Below are positions 39,901-48,900 of a DNA stretch of 64,000 bases, in pieces (position 1 is the first letter of the stretch; each line of letters starts with the position of its first letter). A model generated the notes under the pieces. It was not told the DNA's origin and did not search any database. It saw only the letters and a list, made by a program, of their open reading frames with translations. The stretch lies in IMG/VR virus record IMGVR_UViG_3300021400_000397; one strand, written 5' to 3'. Both the position numbers and the translations under genes were made by a program. Source of the stretch: an uncultured virus (IMG/VR IMGVR_UViG_3300021400_000397). Taxonomy: Duplodnaviria; Heunggongvirae; Uroviricota; Caudoviricetes.

Positions 39901-42900
39901 AGGCGCGCAAGCGCGCAATCGGCCTCGGGTGGAGGCCGGCGACCGACTTCATGGACGAGGGCACGGCCAACGCGATCGCCGACGTCATGGAGGGCAAGGT
40001 GGACGGGCGGACCGCCGTGCGCGACCGCGCGACGAAGATCGCGGTCGGCATGCGCCTCCTCGCCGCGTCCGACCTCCCGTCCGCGCTCGCCGAGGCGCAG
40101 AGGGACCTCCGCGCGCTCCAGGCGCTCAACGACGTGATGGAGGCCGAGGACGGGCTGTCCCCCGACGCGGCGCTCCGCAACGGCGGGTCGAAGGCCATGG
40201 GGCACCTCGGGAAGATGGAGCGCGCCCGGCAGGCCGGCGCCGCCGTCGCGAACGAGATGGAGTCCGTGTACCTCGGGTCGAAGCTCAGGTTCGAGGACAT
40301 CGCGTCCGGGCGCGACCCGCTCGCCTCGGACCGCAGCGTGCGCGGGGACCTCGACGCCATAGAGGGGTCGCCGTCCGACTGGAGCTCGTACCTCTCCCGG
40401 ACGGGGCAGAAGCCCATGTCCGCCGCGGACTCGCGGGGGAACCCGGCGAACGACGAGGCGCTCCTCTTCATGGCCGCGTCGCTCTTCGCCGACGACTACG
40501 CGGACACCGGGGTCGTGCAGGCGAACCGCCTCAACCTCTCGCACCTCCTCGGCTGCGTCCACGCGGGGGTGCAGAAGTTCGGCGGGGCCCAGTACTCCGG
40601 TCTCGTGAACGGGATGTACGGCAGGTTCGCCGCCGCCCTCAACACGCTCGTCGAGGAGGCGCTCAACCACGGGACCGCGTCCGGCATGTCGCAGAACGTC
40701 GTCGACATGCTGACGATGCTCCGCCCGAACGTGAGGCGGAACACCGTCGACCTCGTCCTCCGCGCAAGCCCGGACGCCGCCAGGGTCCTCCGCACCGGGT
40801 TCCAGGAGCTCGAGGCGAACCAGAACGCCGTCGGCGGCGGGTTCTCCGGGGCCGGCCTCGCCGCGTGCATCAAGCTCTCGATGTGCGCCAACTCGCAGTT
40901 CGACCCCGCGCGGGACTCCAACGTCCGCGCCAACGTCTCCGCGATGTTCGGGGAGGAGGTCGACGAATGGGAGCGCTGGGGCGCGGCGGTCCCGCAGAAC
41001 CCCGTGCTCCGGCAGCTATGCAGGGTGCCGCGCACACGGGACAACGGCTACAACCTGTTTGCGGAGGCGGACCCGCTCAAGTACGACCCGTCCGTGGCTA
41101 GGAAGGTCGCCGCGGTCTCCGGCATGCCCGAGGTGACCGACAAGGACCTCGAGGACGCGGCCACGCTGTCGACCCCGTTCGCCGTGCTCAAGTACATAGC
41201 GATGACGGACTACACGTCCCCGCACAGGCTGCACGACGAGGCGGCGGAGGCCGACCCGCGCTTCCTCCCCGGAGGCGAGCAGCGCAGGAGGGTGACGTCC
41301 GTGTACGCCGAAGGCGAAAGCCACGTGCTGCGCCCGCAGACGTCCGTGCCGAACGTCAGGTTCCGCGGCCCGTCCGGCGAGTTCCAGACCGTCGAGGAGG
41401 CGGTGAACGACGTCATGCGCGAGCGCCTCGCGTCCTATGCGTCCGACAAGCGCATGGCCGCGTGGCTCGCCGACCCGCGCAACCTCACGAGGTCGTTCAA
41501 CCAGGCGAGGCTGTCGACGAGGTTCGCGGACGAGTCCGACCGCGAGATGTACGCGGCGACCGGGCGCGCGCCGCGCGGGGCCGTGCGCAAGGTGCCGCTC
41601 AGCTTCGACAACGTGATAGACGAGGTCCTGGAGCGCGCCTGGTCCGACTACGGCGAGCAGTTCGCCGAGTGGGCGAGGAGCGCGGCGTTCGACGGGGGCG
41701 AGACGTTCTCGGAGATAGCGAGCCCCCTGATGCGCGGCAGGCTGAAGGCCTTCGTGCAGGCGCACGCCGAGACGGCGCTCGAGTCGCCTTCGATCGGGTC
41801 GGGGTCCCTGGACCCCTCGTTCGCCGTGCAGCGCATGAAGCGCGGCGGGCTCTTCGACTTCCTCGAGGGGAAGCACCCCGAGGACAGGGACCGCTTCATC
41901 CACGACCCGGAGGCCAACATCCGCGGCGCCCTGGAGGCCGTGTTCGGCGACTGGTCGAAGGAGACCGGGTGCAAGGTCGAGCGCGTGACCGGCGAGGGCG
42001 GCGTCCCGATGAACCTCATCCGGGTGACGCGCAAGGTCAAGGACGCGCGGGAGACCCACGAGGTCACGACGTACATCTCGTACGGCGACTACCTCTCGAT
42101 GAAGGCGAACAACGCCAACTACAACCAGGCGATCCTGAACGCCATCAACGAGCGCGCGAACCGGAAGATGACGATGGGCGAGCTCATGTCCCTCACCGAG
42201 GAGGAGCGCGTCGCGATGGCGAACGCCGCGGGGCTGCGCGTCAAGGGCGAGTCCGTCGCGGCGGAGAAGTGCCTGGGCACGAAGGCGCTCATGGCGCTCA
42301 CGGGCCTCGTGCGCCTCTCGGACGTCTCCGACTACCACACGCTCTTCCACGAGTACTTCCACCAGATGCTCGACTTCTACAGGAAGACCGGCGTCTGCAC
42401 GGCGGAGGACGAGGCGGCGCTCCTGAAGAAGTACAGGACGGCCGACGGGCGCTTCGACGAGGAGGCCGCCGCGGACGCCTTCGCGAACTACGTGACCGGC
42501 GACTCCGCGAGGAGCCTCCGCGGGAGGCCCCTCGCCGCCGGGTTCGGCGGGGACGAGGACAGGGTGTTCGCCAAGTTCAAGCGCACCGCGCAGGCGTACC
42601 TGGCGGGCCTGATGGCCTACGACTCCAGGGGCGTCCCCGCGTTCATGAAGATGGTGATCTCCGGCGACTTCTCGAAGCGCGACATGAAGGACATGCAGGA
42701 CTTCGACGACGCGCAGAGGGAGAGGCTGGAGAAGGCGCTCCTCGGGGAGGAGGTCGACTTCGGCGCGCCGAACCGCTGGGAGAGCGTCGACGGGCAGCTG
42801 AAGGACGACGGGTACGCGCTCGCCAACGCGCTCGCCGTGTACAGGGACGGGCTGGTGGACGTCGACCAGGTGAAGGCCGTGGCGAGGAAGTTCGTCGAGG

Positions 42901-45900
42901 ACGGCAGGAAGCCCGAGAACCGCGTCACGTTCGACGCGATCATGGGGTACAGGCTGACGCAGGCCGAGCCGAGGGGCGTGGAGCCCTATTCGCCGGACGA
43001 GGTGTTCACGGCCGCCGCGCCGGACACGCTGGACGTGCCGGTCACGTCGCTCCGCACGTACAAGACCGAGCCCGAGTCCTCGCTCGCGAACGCCCGGACG
43101 CGCATGGACGACGCACGCGCCGGACGGGGGCCGAAACGGGGGCCGATCCTCGTGGTGGCCAACGCGGACGGCACGTACACGATCGTGGACGGCACCAGCA
43201 CCGCGACGACGCTGGCCAGCACCGGGAGCCCGACCGCCAGGGTGAGGATCCTGGGCGTCGCCCGGTCCAGCCGGATCTCGGACTCGCTCTACCTGGTCAA
43301 GAACGAGACCCCGGGCGCCGACAAGGACGGCGTCCTGAGGAGCCACGGCGCCGGCAGGGACGCAGGTTCGCTGGACCAGCACTACAGGAACGCCGAGGAG
43401 AACGCTCCCATCCTGAAGGACATCGCCGAGAAGACCGCGAAGGACGTCGGCGGCAAGGCCCTGCACAGGAAATCGCTCAAGAAGCGGGCCCGGGTCGAGG
43501 AGAAGGCCAAGGAGTACGGAGGGGACTACTCCCGGGTGATAGACCTCATCGGGAGCACGGTCACGCTTCCGGGCTCCGCCTACATCCCGGACGTGCTTGC
43601 GGCGCTGAGGAGGCGGCTGGCCGAAACCGGGCTGGGCGAGGTGACGAGGGTGAAGACGCTGGCCAAGGTCCACAAGGACCTGACCGGCATCGTCGGCGTC
43701 GAGAAGCAGGGCGAGATCGAGGGGTACTGGGACGTGAAGGTGTCCATCCGGTTCAGGAACGGGGGGATCGGAGAGCTCATCCTGGTGGACGGGAACGTGC
43801 TGGACGCGAAGAACAACCGCGGCGGGCACGACCTCTACGACTACCAGCGCGTCCTCGAGGCCGCGATGCAGCGCGGCGACGGATGGGAGCACCTCGGCGA
43901 CCTGGCGACCCTCTTGTCCGGAATGGAGCACGCCGTGTACTCGCACGGGACGCCGGCCGCCATGCAGTACCAGGGCGACTACCTGGAGAAGCTGCGCAAG
44001 GAGGCGCTGGCCGAGCTCGAGGCGTACCTGGCGGAGCAGAAGGGGGCCGGGGAGGGGCCGCTGACGGACGAGTTCGTCAACGAGCTCCGCGGCCTCCTGA
44101 CCTCGTCCGACGCCCTGAAGACGCCGGAGCTTCCGGCCGCCGACGCGGCGACGCCCCACGAGCTCGACGCCACGCCGGGCCCCGCCACGGACGGCGCCGA
44201 CACCGGGCCCACGCTCGCCCAGCGCCTGTCCGACCCGGCGACGCCGGTCGGCGACCGCGTGTCGCTGCTCTTCAAGGAGGCGCTGAAGCGCCTCGGCGAC
44301 GGCACCTCGGAGAGCGCGGACCTCACGGCGGCCATGAACCGCTTCCGCGACCTCTCCGACGTCGGGGGGGCGGCCGGGCCGGACTTCGACCTCGCCACCT
44401 ACACCGCCCGCCGCGCCCTCAACCACGTCTGCGAGATGCTCGGCGTGAACATCTGGAACTACGCGGAGGACGGAACGAAGTCCCTGAACGACCTCGGCAG
44501 GCAGCTGATGTCCGACGAGAAGATCTCCGGGTTCGTCGTCCGCCTCGTCCACGAGTACTCCGTGAAGAGGGCGGAGGAGAACGCGTACGAGACCCCCGCC
44601 GGGGTCGGGTCCCCGGCGCAGTTCGCGTCGGCCGACTACGTGATGGGCAGCATGCTCGCCGGAGTCGTCCCGTCGAAGTGGACGGAGTTCTGCCGCGGGC
44701 GCGCGGACACGGCGCGCGACTACTTCCTGAAGGCCGCCGAGGACCTCGAGGCCCGCGCGGCCGCCATGCGCGCGAAGTTCGCCGGCGACGTCCCGGCCGA
44801 CGCCGAGGAGGACGCGAAGAGGCTCGAGCTGCAGGCGGCGGACGCGAGGCACAGGGCCCAGGACGTCGTGAGGTTCACGGCGGCCGTCATGAACGGGGAG
44901 CCGCTGAAGCGCCTCATCCCGACGATGAACATGCTCCAGAACCGGAAGGGCTGGACCGCGAAGCAGGAGGCCTCCAACTACTACGGGTACCTGCTCCAGT
45001 ACATCACCGGGGCGGCCCGCATGGAGCGCCAGGCCGACGGATCCGTGAAGTACGTCCCCGGCGACGCCTTCGGGTTCAGCAACGCGACGCTCGACTTCTC
45101 GTCCCGGTTCGTGCAGGAGGCCATAGACGCCGCCGCGAAGGCCCTCGGCGTCGCCCAGGTCGTCCGCCGCTACGTGAAGGAGAACGGGGTGGACCAGCCC
45201 GCCCCGGGCGAGAGCGTCTCGATCCCGACGGTGCCCGCCGGGGACGGCGGGGCGGAGGCCCCGCTCGCCACGCCGCCCGCGGAGGGCGTGATGGAGCCGG
45301 ACCTCCACCCGCAGCTCATCCTCCAGCTCCCGGGCTCGTGGCAGGCGTCCGACCTCCAGAAGCAGTTCTACGGCGGGTCGTTCCGCGACATGATGACGGA
45401 CGTCTCGCTCAACGCCGCCGCCGAGGAGACGAACCGCCTAGCGAACCGCATCGACTTCTACCTCGCGGCGAACTGCATGCCGGGCGAGAGCCCCAACGAG
45501 ATCGAGGAGGCGACGTCCGACCTCGGGATCGAGGACGGGCTGTTCACGGCGGACGAGAAGAACCGGCACTTCGCCCGCCGCGTGGCCGGCGTCCGCGGCT
45601 ACATGCTCGGCCTCGTGAACCGGGCGGCCAGGACCAGGGGCCGCCCGATGACGCAGGAGGACGTGAACCTCGTCCACTTCGTGCTCCAGGCCGCGGCGTG
45701 CGCCGCCAACGGGCACGACGTCTACACGGGGTACGACATCCCGTACGTGAACCGGAGGATACTGGACCAGCTGCTCTCCGACGTGGGGAGCGCCGCCGAG
45801 CTCGAGGCGGCCACGCGCGAGGGGCCCGGCCACTCCGGCGTGTACTCCCCGGAGGCGGTCTTCGGCCGCGTCTACGGGCACGTCTCGAGCGCCGGGCGCC

Positions 45901-48900
45901 CGTCCAACCTCGACCAGCTCCTCTGCCGCATCCTCGAGGGCGTGCCGCGCTCCGTGCTCGGCTGGGAGGACATGGGGATGGACGGCGGGTACTTCAGGAG
46001 GGACGGCGTCTACTGCCGGCTCCTGGAGGCGTTCTACATCACGGGGCGCAACAGGACGGAGGGCGTCGCCGTCGGCGACGCGGACTTCCACCAGCGCGTC
46101 ACCGCGCTCCTCATGGAGGCGGGGCTTGCGGACAAGTCCGCCGCCACCGGGCGCGTGGTCCTCACGATCCCCGTCTCCGAGGTGAAGAAGGCGTGGGAGT
46201 CCCCCTGGTCCTACCGGCAGGAGCTCATAGACAACGGCGGACGCCGCGCCGAGCTCCTCGACATCGACTACATCGCGGAGGTCGTCGCCGCCGAGGCCAA
46301 CAGGCTCAACAAGGTCGCCGGACGCTCCAGGTGGCTCTCGGACTCCGCGGTCGGCTCCGCGCTCGCGGGCCGCGCGCAGGGCCTCTGGTTCGAGGCCGGG
46401 ACCGGCCACCACCAGGCGATAGTCGACCACCTCAAGAACGCGCGGGAGCTGTTCCGCGGGGAGGTCTCGCCCGACGAGCGCCTCCGCAACGCGTACGGCG
46501 CGCTGCAGGACACCCTCCGCAGCCACACGCGCGAGGTCACGCACCGCAGGCTGGTGCCGGGCCCGGACGGGCGCCTCGTCGAGAAGCCGGAGAGGGTGAT
46601 CGAGGGCAACCTCCCCGCGTTCGAGAAGGGCCGGGACGGCCAGCTCGCCAACATCTCCAACAGGCAGCTCCTGTACCTCGGGCGCCTGCTCGGCCTCGGC
46701 CGCCGCGTCGCGAACGTGAACGAGTTCCTGAACGACATCCTCGCCGGGTACTACACCAAGGCCCACACGAGCAGCATATTCGGGTTCGACATACGCCCCG
46801 ACATGACGGTGTTCGAGTTCGACAGGCTGGTCTTCGACGTCATCTCCGCGCACGTCGCCACCGAGGCGCAGCACCCGGACGACCCCGGGCACACCCCGCT
46901 CACGAAGGCGTACGACGAGGGCGGCTGCGGGTACGGGCACCAGGACCTCGTGGACGTCTACTACCTCCACGGGCAGCTGCAGCAGAAGCTCATGGACGAC
47001 GCAAGCGCGGACGGGGCGGTACGCGGGCGCATCTGCTCCATGTCCGAGCGCGACATGTTCAGGACGCAGGGCAAGCTCGGCTCGTCCAAGACGGCGACGG
47101 AGCGCCTGCGCTCCATGGCCGGGTCGATCACGCACGCGGAGCGCTTCCGCGGGTGCCTCGCCCAGATGCTCACGACGGTCGGCACGGACGGCGCGCCGAA
47201 CTTCGTGGTGAAGCCGTCCGAGCACGCCCAGGACCTCATGCCCGACGAGTTCTGGCAGGCGACGTCGCGGTTCGTCCTCGACCGCCTGCGCTCCGTGGGC
47301 GACATGGTCCGCTACGACTCCGCGAAGTCCGGCTTCGAGAACATGCGCGAGGTCGCCAAGGCGGCCGCCGCGCTGGCCCGCGGCAAGTCGAAGGAGAACG
47401 CCAGGGCGCGCTACCACATGCTCCCGCCGAACGAGATCGGCGCCGAGATGCTGTTCGAGGAGGTGTGGTGCGCGGACGACAGCGCGAACGACGACGTGAA
47501 CGTGCTGTCCAAGTTCTCCAACGAGAGGCTCCTCCACCCGAACGGAAGCGAGGCGGAGGGGTACATGCGCCAGCTGTTCGGCTCCGTGACGAAGCCGACG
47601 GTGTGGGCCGGCCACCGCGTGCTCGACCGCGTGATGTCCTACTCCAAGGCGGCGTCCGTGGGGCTCTCGGCGTTCTTCGCCGTCGCCACGCGCTTCGAGT
47701 CGCCGGTCGCCGCATGCGGGTTCTGGAACACCGCGATGGGCTACCGCAAGGGCACGGCCGAGCTCGCCAGGCGCCTCGCGAAGTCCAAGCTCGGGGAGGC
47801 GCTCGGGTTCCGGAAGAACCTCCCGTACCTCGCGGACTACCTGGAGGCGATCACGTCGGACGACCCGTACATCCAGTACATGCGCGAGCTCTGCGACATG
47901 ATCAACATGCCGCTCACCGACTCCGTGATGAACCCGCTCACCGAGAAGCAGGGCGCCATCGACGCGGACATCGACCGCATCAGCCGCTGGCTCCTCGCGG
48001 AGGGGCACCCGAGGATGGCGAGGGAGCTCCGCTCCGCGATGAAGGCCGCGTTCCACAACCCCGGCGAGTACGCGTTCTCCAACGTCCTCAACGGCGTCAA
48101 GATGGCCGTCGTCGCGCAGACGATGTTCCGCCTCCGCGAGGAGTGCGAGAGGGCCGGGCGGCCATTCGACCCCGTACGCGAGCTCAGGAGGCACTCCGCG
48201 TACATCAACGCGGAGATCGGCGGCATCCAGCCGGAGCGGTACGCGTTCCTGACCCCCGGCATGCAGCAGCTCCTCCGGCTCGGGATGTTCTCGTACCAGT
48301 GGACGCTCGGCGCGTGGGTCGCCGGCTCCGGCGAGGTCGTCTCCGACCTCCTGTTCGGAGGGCACCACACGAACGCGGCGACGAGGCAGCGCGCGTTCAT
48401 CCGCTGGCTGAGGATGCTCGGCGTCGTCAAGATCGGCGTCCCGGTGTTCATGCAGCTGGCGATAAAGGCGCTCGCCACGGCGCTGGTCAAGTCCGGCATC
48501 GTCGGGGACCCCGACGACCCGGACGACAAGGACCCGCTCGGCATCGACGACATGCCGTGGCTCTGCTTCTTCAACGAGTCCAAGGTCGGCTCGCTCGCGT
48601 TCGACGTGACGCCGATCACGAAGCTTCTCGGAAGGAGCGAGACGCTCGTCGACATAAAGAACAAGCGGGGGGCTTACCCGTTCATCACGTCTGTCGCCGG
48701 CGCCGTCGCGGGGGCCGCCCTCACCCGCAGGTGGTGGGGCGCCCTGGCCGGCGGGTTCGCCGGACGCAACATCGGAGCCGTCATACCGGCGTCGGAGGGC
48801 GTCGGGCGCGGGGCCAACACGACCGGGCGCCGCCGCCAGTACATGCACTTCGGCAAGCAGAACGACGAGTTCTGGCGCTGGTTCACGGACGGCTGGGCGC

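Noticed and set aside
28005..40670. 4221-aa antisense ORF and other very long shadow ORFs (808-4431 +, 28520-36490 +, 41462-51352 +, 45438-50765 -)
   Set aside because: Expected from extreme GC3 bias, which depletes stops in alternative frames. The translations are Arg/Gly/Pro-rich or mirror the codon pattern of the real gene, with no RBS or motifs.
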